Source of the DNA: Lepidodermella squamata | Taxonomy: Eukaryota > Animalia > Gastrotricha | NCBI GenBank assembly: GCA_047495785.1 | Contig: JBLDXI010000020.1 | Coordinates: forward strand, 1,488,001-1,552,000 | DNA: 64,000 bases | Direction: 5' to 3' | Shown: positions 53,278 through 64,000 of the stretch, one piece after another | How positions within the stretch are numbered: the stretch's first letter is position 1 | How the letters are laid out: the number at the start of each line of letters is the position of its first letter | Program-made: the position numbers and the translations under genes | The notes under the pieces: generated by a model | Databases searched by the model: none | Told to the model about the DNA's origin: nothing | Seen by the model: only the letters and a program-made list of their open reading frames with translations

Positions 53278-55686
53278 TCAGCGGCCCATCACTGAGACGC
53301 CATCGTCCATGCCCTCCGGATTGGGTGGAGGCTTCTCGAGGCCGAAAGCGGCAGTCATGACAGTTGTAGCCTCGGCACTGCGGAGCCAGTAGGTCTTCAT
53401 CTCGCCCTTTCCTTTGACGGGCACTTTCCCGCGATATTCCAGGTTGAACCCGCCGTACTTGCGCAACATATTACACGTCCTTTCACTGCAGTGGACGTGA
53501 AGAGCTGAACAAAACATCTTAAAAATAAGCGATTTATTAGCAAAAATATAACATACGTTTCGAAGTAGATTCCATGCGAGAAGCTGTGTTGACAGTGTCG
53601 CCGAATAGACAGTAGCGCGGCATTACAAGGCCCACGACTCCGGCGAAAACAGGTCCCGAATTGAGGCCAACACGAATGCGAACGAAGCCATCGCCCATCG
53701 GAATTTGCTTTGCGGTCTCAATCATGTCCAGCGCCATCAGGGCGACAGCGGCAGCGTGGTCAGTTCGCCGCTTCGGCACACCGCCAACAACCATGTAAGT
53801 ATCGCTAACTGTCTCAACCTTGTAGCAACCATAAAGCTCGATACGCTCGTCGAGGGAGCGGTACAGGTTGTTGAGCAGTGTCACAATTTTCGACGGCTCA
53901 GATGTTGACACAAAATCCTAGAGAACTACATGAAGTCGAATTCAAAATTAAGGTGGAATGGCTTACATGGAATCCGTAAACGTCGTTGAAATAAACAGTC
54001 GCTTCCTCGAAGAATTCAGGGGCGATAGTGCCGCCTTCTTTTAACATCCTAGCTACGGCCATGGGTAACATTTGGTATAGTAAGCTGTCCGCCTCTTCGG
54101 TTTTCCCCTTTCAAAAGAGTTAATGAAGGCTTTCGATTACAACTGATAGAAATTCTTACCCTGAGTTGGTCGGTGCGGTCGCGAATTTCCAAGAACACTT
54201 GGTTGATTCTGAAGATCGCATAAGCGACCAGAGCGCAAGCAATGGTAGTCAGGATTGTTATCACAATATCTGAAATATTCGAATAAAGCGATTCGGCGCA
54301 ATTTTGCCGATAAAACTTACCGACAACAATCAGTTGCTGCTGATCAGTTGAAGTTCGAGAAAACGATGCCAAGTCGTCCGCGAAGACCTCCGTTATTGGC
54401 GCTACCTTTGCCTCCCATTCGTAGAAGCTCTTATTGACAGCATCAAAGTTTTTAGGCCTGGTTGAAATTCCAAGATAAAAAATTTACAAGCGAAAATAAG
54501 ATATTTACAGGAGGCCAACGGCAGCATCGAAAACTTTCTGCTGTGATCGGCAAATTTGACAATCGCGATTTGAGACTGGTTCGATGGGTTTTGTCGTATC
54601 GGCGTACTTTAGCGCCATTTCGAGATAGTTTCGCGACAAAACTGGGCCCCGCTCAGACATCCTGGTAGCTTCCAGGACCACGCGGGTAGCTCCAACTATG
54701 AAATTTCGAATTTTGGGGTAAAGTTTGGAAACGGGACTTTATAACTTACGGACGTCGGTTCGATCCCGGTAGACGCCTGCAGTGACAATTGTTCGAACCT
54801 TGTCCACTTCAAAGCGAGATAGCGACAGAAACAGAAAGGACGCTGCCTCGGCCCAAAACGGGCCGACATTCAAATCGCGAAGTGAGAACGAAACAGAATT
54901 GAGAAACTGCTGCAGGATTCCAGTGTAATAGGCCATCTCAGCAGATGCTGTAAAAGAATTCGTTTATAAAAACCTTGGCTGGGACAATGGAACTAGAAAC
55001 TTGCTTGCATTAACGCTTTTTTTCACGTTGCTTCGGTGTCCATCGACCTCTACCGTATAAAGTCGACTATTCTTGGTGTAGTCGGCGAACTCCGGACTGT
55101 CCTGGATAGGCCACATCGGCAGCAGATTCACAACCTGATAAGAAGCTTCCGAGACTGACTGCCAGGCTTGCTCGAGTTGGGCTGCTACTTGGTCAGTAGT
55201 GGCAAGTAAGAATTGGATAACGGCATATCGCTCCTTCGAAACAATGCCCGTCAATGTTTGCGTTGTTTTAATTCGTTTGATTTCATCCTATTTAATTACC
55301 AATAGCTTATTTGTAAAATATTCAAGGAGTTACAACTTACTGACACATCTTCCATAACTTCTCTGGCAACACGACCACTTTCAGCCATCATGCCAAGCTG
55401 AATGTAGACAATGAACATGGCAACAGCAACGATAAAGGCGAGGTAGAGAATCTAAAAAATATTGCGAATGTGCAACATGTCCCAATCAAATAAATCTTTT
55501 TACCTGAGTGACTCGACCACGTTTAAGGTACAGATCAGGAGCGAAAAAGAACTGAACGATATGCTTGGCTGAGTTAACCGGAACCGCGAATTCAGATGCG
55601 TAAACTGACTTGGCGAAGCTGTAACTCATTTGCGAGCCTGAACGCAGGCTCATCGTCCAAGTCCTTCCGTCATCAACGGTCGCCAT
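53278..55686 (-). CDS. Two-TM guanylyl cyclase with NIT-like extracellular domain and no kinase-homology domain, paralog A
   Basis: TM1 [22 protein letters not shown], ectodomain, TM2 [26 protein letters not shown] coiled-coil region, cyclase YFNDVYGF...[11 protein letters not shown]...[18 protein letters not shown]. Confidence 0.9.
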
Positions 55687-56279
55687 TTTCAAGGCGCTCG
55701 GTCACAAAAAAAATATATAGCGTCTCAAACGCACTTCTTCACTTCAGGTATACGTATGCTCTTAAAAAGGCTGAATGCCGAAATGAAGAAATGACACAAT
55801 TAAGGTGTTTTCCAAACGGCGGCTGCCTGGCCGGTTGACTCATCCATAGCGCACCAAGGCAATTGTAAAATAATTAATTTTCCCCGGAGGATTATTCATG
55901 CTGTATACGCACGGCGAACTCGTACCGTCATAACAGCGGTGATCGGCTTATTAGAGAGGGGAACAAGGCATCGACGGACTGCGTCGAAAAAACCTGTCTT
56001 CAATATGTCGACTTGAGTAGCAATCATCCTAATCGTTCAGCCTATAGTTATGATTTCTCTGCTAATGTGTCTTGCGTGAAAGGAATATATAAGTATAATT
56101 CGAAAGCAAAACAGCACAGACTAAAACATTTATTTTGTAAGAAATCGAACAAAAAGTGAAGACAGTTTTTAATCGTAAATGAGGCTATATTAAGAGAATG
56201 CGAATCACAAAATCATTGAATAACAAAAAAATAATTTCACAGTGCGCGGTTATTCAATCTTCGAAATTTGAAATTGTGT

Positions 56280-58795
56280 TTATTCCTGGGTATCGGTGTT
56301 GAAGATTCGGGACTCATTCATCGCTCGCTTTTTTACGCCGAACAACGCAGTCGTTAGAGTTGTCGGCTCGGCACCTCGCAACCAATAAGTTTTCATATCG
56401 CCCTTTCCTTTCACTGGAACTGTGCCACGAAATTCGCAGTGAAAACCGCCGTGATGTGATAAAATGTTGTACGTCTTCTCTGAAATTTGAATGTGAAGAG
56501 CTTTCGAGGTGGATTCCATACGTGAGGCTGTGTTGACTGTATCACCGAAAAGGCAGTAGCGCGGCATGATCAGGCCAACAACCCCGGCAAAAACGGGCCC
56601 TGAATGAATCCCGACGCGAATTCGAACCTGAGAAGAGCCCATCCGAACAGTTTTTGCCGTCTCCATGAGGTCGAGCGCCATCAAAGCAATAGCAGCTGCA
56701 TGATCAGATCTTCGATTGGGAACGCCACTAACCACCATGTAGCTAAAGAAAAATCGATTAAGCCCATGATTTTAAAGTAAAAAAATTCAAAATTACGTAT
56801 CGCTGACAGTCTCGACTTTATAACAGCCGTAGAGTTCAATTCGCCGATCCAACAAGGAGTAAAGGGAATTCAGCAAAGTCACGATTTTCGACGGCTCCGA
56901 ATGAGCCACAAATTCCTGCAAAACTTCTTGCTCAAGTTCGCAACAGAAAATCATTCAAAATAAAACCTGAAAGCCGGTTACATCGTTGAAGTAGACAGTT
57001 GCCTCGTCGAAAAATTCTGGCATGATTTTAGCCCCCTCTTTCAGCTTTTTGGCAACAGCGATCGGCAGCATTTGATACAGCAAAGCATCAGACTCCTCGG
57101 TTCGATCCGCCAATCGCTCCGTATGAACTCTCAATTCAAGGAATCCTTTCATGATTTGCTAATACATTTATCCTTGAGGGATGAGGATTTTATGTAATTA
57201 AACGCAAAAATACCCATAAAATCACTCCGGTTGCTGTGCAGGCGATTGTCGAGATGACTGTTATCACCACATCTATTGAAAACGTGAATTATTCGAATAA
57301 AGTATATAATGTAGTCATTCGCTACCCTTACCAAGGTTGATTAAGCCAGCCACGGTAGTACGTTCGTATGCGACCCCATTGAGGACATCAGTCATCTGAA
57401 CTTGTGCTACAAATGCCTTGGCGTCCCATTCGTAAAAGCTTTTGTTGGCAGCGTCCGGTTGTGAATTTCTTATTTCAGAAATTTTGAAATAACTTGAAAT
57501 CATGATTTTTACTTTACTTACATTAGAAGTTGGGCTCTGAGAGCTTTGTTTTGAGCATTACACAATTGGCATTCCCTGCTCGAGGCGTCTTCTATCGGCA
57601 TAATCGCACTGGAAAAATCGAGAGCCCATTGCAGGGATTTCGTAGCCAATGTAGTTGAACGGGTCATCAGCTTATCGGCATCAAAATAAACTCGTTCGGC
57701 ACCAGCTTATTATTGGAAAAATTGCCTTAATTTGAATGGAATCAAAGTCATATGCCGAACCTATTTGAGGGCCTTGAACGACGTTGCAGTTGGTGCAGTT
57801 GGTTCTGTTAGAGTTGTCTACGTTCAAAGTTCCAACTGGAGCAAGGGTACGCACTCGGTCTACTTCGTTACGAGCCCCGGACAGGAAAAGATAGGCTACT
57901 AGCAATCTCCAATATTCTCCAACATTGATCGCACGGTAATTGGCAGTTATGGCGACAAAAAACTCATCTACCACCCCCGAGTAGTAGTTGAATTCCGGTA
58001 TCGCTTTTATATCAAATGGTTTGAAATTTGATATAAACATAAATTTTAAGGACCTACTTGAGTTAAGGTTGCGTTTAACGTTAGCGCGGTGCGTTTCAAG
58101 CTCGATCGTGAACAATTTTCCACTGGTGACGTATTCCTGTGACTCGCCTGTGCTTCCATCGATCGGCCAATCGGTTATTGCGCTGATCTATTGTCGCAAA
58201 AAAATTAGCAGAAATAACAAATTTTTGCAGCCGACCTGCTGAAACGTCGTATCGTATATGCTTTGCCACATGGTTTCCCATCTTGAGGCTGCAGCATCGG
58301 TTGTCGCTGACATGAACTGAACGACGGCGTAGCGTTGTCTAGCGATGGCGCCGATAAGCCCCTCTATTTGGCTTATGTCTTGCATTTTATTCTGTTAAGA
58401 ATTCGAAAAGTTTTTCGGCTCTAATCTGAAAACGTCAATTTCTTACCAAAGACCGATCTGCTAAATCGTTCGTCTTTATCTCAGACTGAGCCATCATGCC
58501 TAGTTGTATCAGAACGATCAACAGTGCTGTTAGGCAGACGCATGTCAAAAATATGATCTGCCAAAATGTAAATAAATCGGCTGTTGAAATGGCTAAAACG
58601 TTTACTTCAAGCTACCTGTGTTGCCCTGCCGCGCTTCAGGTACAAATCAGCGGCGAAAATGAATCTGAAGAATTTACCGGCCGAATTCGGCACGATTCCG
58701 CCTTCTGAAGACCAAACTGAAATGTCATCCCACAAACTGGTGGTATGGCTTCGACCGTCCATCGACGTGAAGCGAGACCCTAGAGACGAAGCCAT
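56280..58795 (-). CDS. Two-TM guanylyl cyclase with NIT-like extracellular domain, paralog B
   Basis: Same architecture as paralog A and a shared [10 protein letters not shown] juxtamembrane motif. [15 protein letters not shown] and [18 protein letters not shown] are present. Confidence 0.9.
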
Positions 58796-59060
58796 TTTTC
58801 CACTGAATTTCCTTTTGTGAAAATAAGCAAAACTGCAGAGCGCACCTGCAAGTTATTTGCATCTCTCGTCTAATTGCGATTTTAATATTCGAAATAATCT
58901 CTCATTAACACTCATTATCACCGGAAAATCCCCAATAGCCGAAAAGCCTGCTTAATCAGTGTATCAGTTAATTTATTCTCTTGCACTTGATACAACACAC
59001 ATTATAAAAGGAGCAATTTCCAATATAAAAACACAGTATAGAATGCAAGGTGCGTTTGAC

Positions 59061-59851
59061 TTAGACGTATAAAGAGCCATCTGCAGGACCGAGATAGCCG
59101 ATGGCTATTAATATCGCATCAACAACTGTCCAAACACCAAGACCACCAAAGCTGAACAATTTGCCAAGTCCTTCTTTCCACCAGCCAAGGTAGAAGCGAT
59201 CGGCTCCGAAGCCACCAAGAAAGACACTGTTGAAAATTGAACAATTTAGCAATAGATAAGATAATATTGTTTAACCAACCTTAATAAGAAAGCTGTGAGC
59301 CAAGAGTAGCCGGAGCACCAATTACACCGCACTTTCTTGCGAAAAACGCGGGGGCCTGAAGGAATAAGTTTAATCCATTACCAATTACCCAAGTTTGATC
59401 AAATAGGCTTACCCATGCAATTTTGATTAGATGGGACAGTGCATGATGTCTCTATCAACGAACCAGACCGGCAATAAACTGGGGCAACGCATAGGTGTTG
59501 AGAAGACGGCACTTGGTAACAGAATTGGCAAGTCATCGATCGAGTGAAATTGGCCTTTTCAAGCTGAGAGTTTGGCCCTTTGCATTCGATCAGCGATCGG
59601 CAAGAAACAGAGACGTCGCTGTCGCCATAATTACACTCGGCGGAGAAGCAGAAGACGCAATATGGGGGTAAGGAAGAACAAGTTGTCCCTCGATACTGCT
59701 CACATGATGCCGTCAAATTTCGATTGCTGCCATATTCAAAGCCTGAAGTACAGAAATATATGAAAATACATCTGAGAACTAATGCATTCAACATACTAGA
59801 AGAGGCGCTCGAGTAGGTGATACAAACGGCAAACAGCAGAAGTATCAGCAT
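59061..59851 (-). CDS. TM2D3: TM2 domain-containing protein 3 (almondex-like)
   Basis: Signal peptide, Cys-rich ectodomain (CQFCYQ) and [31 protein letters not shown]...[11 protein letters not shown]. Confidence 0.9.
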
Positions 59852-59934
59852 TTATTGGATTTTGGAATATAAGTGAATTCATTCAAAATAAAAAAATCTA
59901 CCTAAGTCAAAAAACGGCGTAAGCTAGAATTCAA

Positions 59935-60364
59935 TCAATCTCTCCATTGATGGCTGCAATTCACGTTACAGCATTTATAAAAAGTAGTCATAGGCTCATC
60001 GGCAGATCTGGTTTGAATTTGCATGAAATATGCTCTTCCTTGGCCACATTTAGGACATTGAACTGAAAATAGTCCTAAATTAATACAAATATTCTTTCTT
60101 TGAAAATAAATACCCTCTGTGCTATCGACGTTATCCCAAGAACCAGTTCCACCCAAAATGTCGCCCACGTCTTTCTTCTTGACAAAGGTTCTTTTAACTA
60201 TCTGTAAAAGGGAAAAGCTATATGATGTGATGTCATGCATGTATTAAGCAATAAACCTGTTCAGTTATGTTGTTGACATATGGGCATGTGCTGCATGCAA
60301 AACGGAGGCATTCGGGCCCTTCCCCGATAACTAAAGAGTTTCCGCAAACTGGGCAAAATATCAT
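59935..60364 (-). CDS. POLR3K: RNA polymerase III subunit RPC10/C11
   Basis: MIFCPVCGNSL...FACSTCPY...SWDNVDST...CPKC..RAYFMQIQTRSADEPMTTFYKC, across three exons. Confidence 0.96.
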
Positions 60365-60579
60365 TTTTAGTCAAGGATCTATCAACAATCAAAGAACTTC
60401 TATTATCACATGGCTCATGATCGTTATAAATCTTTGAAAGGATTATAACATGCGATGATATTCTAAATCGACATAATCGGGTTCATAATTTGTAACATAT
60501 ATCACAGATCACAGCTGCCGATAGCCGACAAACCTACGGGGTCGCTACTGAGCCACCCAATCACTGTCCATGTACAGTG

Positions 60580-61411
60580 CCGGGTCGGAGCTCTGGGGTC
60601 TCTTTGCGCCTTCACGGGTCGCCAAACTCGACGGTGTGGGCTATAAATACTACAAGAGAGCTCGTAACATCCCTTTTACCGCCTCGAACCTGTCAACAGA
60701 GTTCACGTTAGGGATCATCCCGACAAGTCTGCCAAACTAAAAGCGGCCAAATTCGTCTGTGAATCAACCAAATGTGAAAACCAGCTAGTGCAGGATGCTT
60801 TTTCGTTTTATTGGCATTCTCGACCTAAACTACGCGTAATAAATCCGACCTTGGCAGCAAAAAACTTCTTCATTTCCTACAACATAGAACCTGACTTCTG
60901 GCTTCTTCGAGACTCGACCATATTTGCTTAAGTAGAACAACACGTACATGACTGCTTTATAACTGATTTATCTATTAAATTTCATTCTAGGTACGATAAT
61001 ATATATCCATTAGCGACTCCATCCGAGTTTGGTATTGCGCTTCGAGGCTCTACCCTGTGATCTCAGATCAACAGCTCTGCAACTTCTTACAAATAGTATT
61101 TTTCTCAAACTAGACACTTTATCTTCAATGTCAAAGACACAGTATGTATATTTTGTAAGGATACGGTCATTGTTCGCCTCATGGCAAACCACCTATCTTA
61201 TTTTTGCACAGGGGTCACTAGTCATGACCCTGTCAGAATTTTTAGTAACAATCAGAGCACTATAAAGAATACCCTTATTTTCTTTGAACGCCTAGCCTTA
61301 CATGTATCTAGAGCCACAACTATTGTCCAAGGATTGGCAAATTGCCTTCGGTACTAGGGCTTTTCTCTGCCCAATGATTGAATCTGCCCAATGATTATGA
61401 GGGCAGGCAGG
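60580..61411 (+). mobile_element. 5'-truncated, decayed non-LTR retrotransposon (LINE) with a 16-bp target-site duplication
   Basis: TSD CTGTCCATGTACAGTG at 60564-60579 and 61412-61427. Post-RT motif GSELWG...KLD.V..KYYKR..IP..ASN....LG, CCHC knuckle CIFC-x11-H-x4-C (61145-61207), and a 3' duplicated TCTGCCCAATGATT with a hairpin. Confidence 0.8.
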
Positions 61412-62114
61412 CTGTCCATGTACAGTGAAAATCACTATGCATAATGCATAGCCTAGAACCTCGAGCGATCACAGCGGATAAGATAATGACGAAAATTGGT
61501 AAAAATTCGACACAACGCACAGCCGAAACTCCTTGAGAAGCTCCACCTCAGTGCTATCAACAATATTGTGGATGCTCATGCCCGCCATGGTTTTAAATTC
61601 TGGACGGCGAACTTACCTGTTGCAAAATTCTTCCGAAAACATTCCCGAAAAACAAAAAAAGCAAAAAACGCGGGCATTTTCCTTTTGAAAAAAAGAATTA
61701 TTAGAAAATCGTATTTGAGTGATTTATTTGTATACTCTAAGTTATTCATTTTGTTTTGACTAAATATATCTTTAATAAAGTTGAAAAATTAATGTGGACT
61801 GGCGTGCATCGTAATGATTTGCTGAATTGGATTGAGTTGAGATGCAATTGAATGGTCTTGGTTTTTTTCACCGAGAGCTACGCAACGTTCATTATTGATT
61901 CATCTATCAATATCGACTCTTCGAAGTTCATGTGGTATATGCAATACTTAATGGAGATCGTTCCTACGCGTTATTTCTTTTGCTTCGAATGTCAATACTG
62001 ATTTGTTCGTTTTTCTTGCTGGTTCCCTTTCCTATTCATCTAAATAGACGTCGACTATTAGAGCTCATTCATGCGGTATTTTTTACTTTAGGCAACTGTT
62101 GAGAAGTTGAAGCC

Positions 62115-63409
62115 ATGCCGCCGAAAGCAACTGGCAAGAAGACCAAGAGTCCACCAATTCTCAGCCAAGAATTTCTCATCAAGAATCATGGCGACATTGC
62201 TTCCTGCTCTGTCATAATTCTATTGATTGCCTTGATGTTCCAAGCGACTCAACCATTCGCTGCCAAATTCATCTCGCTACATCACAATGTCACTATTGAA
62301 GGTTAGCAATTTGCCCTCTAGCCACCGGACTGAATGAAAATTCCAAACTTTTTATTCAGGAATGGAGCATGTTCATTTTTATACAACTGGCCCGATCGAT
62401 TTACTGGCAGTCGTCTTCTACATGTTGCTGGCTATCGTAATGCATGCATTTGTGCAGGAGTTCATCCTTGATGTAAGGCTATTTTCTGTTGTTATAATAT
62501 TTTAGCATCATGAATGTTCATTAACAGAAACTCAATCGGAAGATGCATCTTTCGAAAATCAAGCACAGCAAGTTCAATGAATCTGGACAACTCTTGACAT
62601 TCTATTTGCTATCGATTGCCTGGGCTTTCGCCATCATGCATGAAGTGAGTTTTTGATGCCTTAGAATTTGTATAACTGAATTTCTTTTGGATTATCAGGA
62701 TGACTACTTTGGAAATTTCCACAAGCTTTGGGCGGCATACCCTCACAATGCGCTGAGCTGGCGTACAAAGATGTTCATGATTACGCAGATGAGCTACTGG
62801 CTCCATTGGTATCCTGAACTCTACCTCCAGAAAGTCAAGAAGGAGGAGGTTCCTGATCGTCTGACTTACATTTCCCTTTACTTGGCAGCTGTTGTAGGAG
62901 CGTATTTCTTGAGCTTCTCTCCTCTGGCTGTTGTTTTCTTGTTTGTTCATTACATCGGTGAGGCTATCTTCCAAGCCACCCGCCTGGTTTATTTCGCCGA
63001 GCGAAATTACCTGGCTCGCTATGGATTCATGGTTTGGAACGTCGTTTTCCCTCTTGTCCGCTTATCTATTGCCGGTTTATCAATTTTCATCTTCTTTTAT
63101 CGCTTGGAGGCGACCGTTCTTCCGAAAGTCGATTTGGCGACTGGAAACTTCAACACGCGTAGTGTCCGCTTGGTTTGCTTGGCATTCCTCGAACTTGTTC
63201 AGATGTGGCTCTTGTATCGCTTCGTTACCTTCTTCCTGCGCCACCGTCGCGAGCGATCAAGCCGCAGCCGCTCGGCCAAGAACAAGACGGTTAAGGCTGC
63301 TCAAGCCGCCGTTGCTGACAAAGGCAGCGAGCCGGAATCATCTGGTGAAATGAGCTCCCCTGTTGCGGCCAACGGTGACGCCGGCGTTTCGACTCGCCGT
63401 CGCAAGTAA
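62115..63409 (+). CDS. TRAM1: Translocating chain-associated membrane protein (TLC domain)
   Basis: [41 protein letters not shown] and [18 protein letters not shown]. Exons 62115-62301, 62360-62472, 62528-62644 and 62699-63409. Confidence 0.95.
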
Positions 63410-64000
63410 TTCAGTTGCGGATCGATGAGTTTGTTGAAGGTTTCGAGATATGTGCATGTTGTTAAAGTAACTGGATGATAGAAAATCTTTGAATTATTAT
63501 ATTGCGCCGTGCAAATGCTATATCATCTGCAATATTATATAATAAACTATGAATATCTGCATGTGTTCACGACATAAGTTAAGCACCTACCTATTTTGCC
63601 AATCTAATATTCTCAGTCATTACCGCGTTAGTAAGACCAGCTATTACTTCCAGTTTCACGCGTAAACCGCGCGCGAAAATGCGGAATAAATCTTTGTCCT
63701 CAGACTGGTTATTTATTGTCAGAGCGTTTCAACAGATCTGAACAGGTTGTGTGGGTATACGTATTTCCCTCATCCGTCTTACCGAGTCAACAACGTTTGC
63801 CCAATAACATGTTGTCCAGCTTTCATGACTCAGTCATTTTAGCTTCTTCTCTAGCATTATCAATACAAGCACAATGTGTTTTGGTTGTGGCTTGAGTTCG
63901 TTTGACGAGATATCAGTGATTATCTTGATGTTAAACTGCATTCCATGTATTTATTCTGTAGCACTTTGAAAACTACGGTGATGGTCAAGTAATTATTGAA

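Overview
Gene-dense window from a compact animal nuclear genome. Introns are mostly about 48-63 nt and GT-AG, often with TTTCAG/TTTTAG acceptors. About 25 spliced protein-coding genes can be reconstructed by hand: an MSS51/ZMYND15-like 3' fragment, MEX3 (2xKH+RING), ADAT3, SPG7, a TPR-SET protein, MVK, CDK14/PFTAIRE, an F-box/LRR protein, an RRM protein, ZMYM, SUV3, an NBR1/p62-like receptor, UBL5, TAF5, DENR, a frameshifted PAN-like secreted peptide, two Mpv17 paralogs, UPF1, UBAP1, two tandem two-TM guanylyl cyclases with a NIT-like extracellular domain, TM2D3, POLR3K and TRAM. Many neighbours are co-oriented only 25-270 nt apart, several with an AATAAA/U-rich/AG spacer, which suggests SL trans-spliced operons. 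Several clues point to a nematode, probably early-branching (inference). Transposon relics include piggyBac and integrase fragments, pogo-like and other MITEs, and a 5'-truncated LINE with a 16-bp TSD. The most notable items are the kinase-less NIT-type guanylyl cyclase pair, the operon architecture, a 16-nt SL1 match inside an intron, and a candidate intercistronic H/ACA snoRNA. All calls come from motif recognition by eye; no searches were run.
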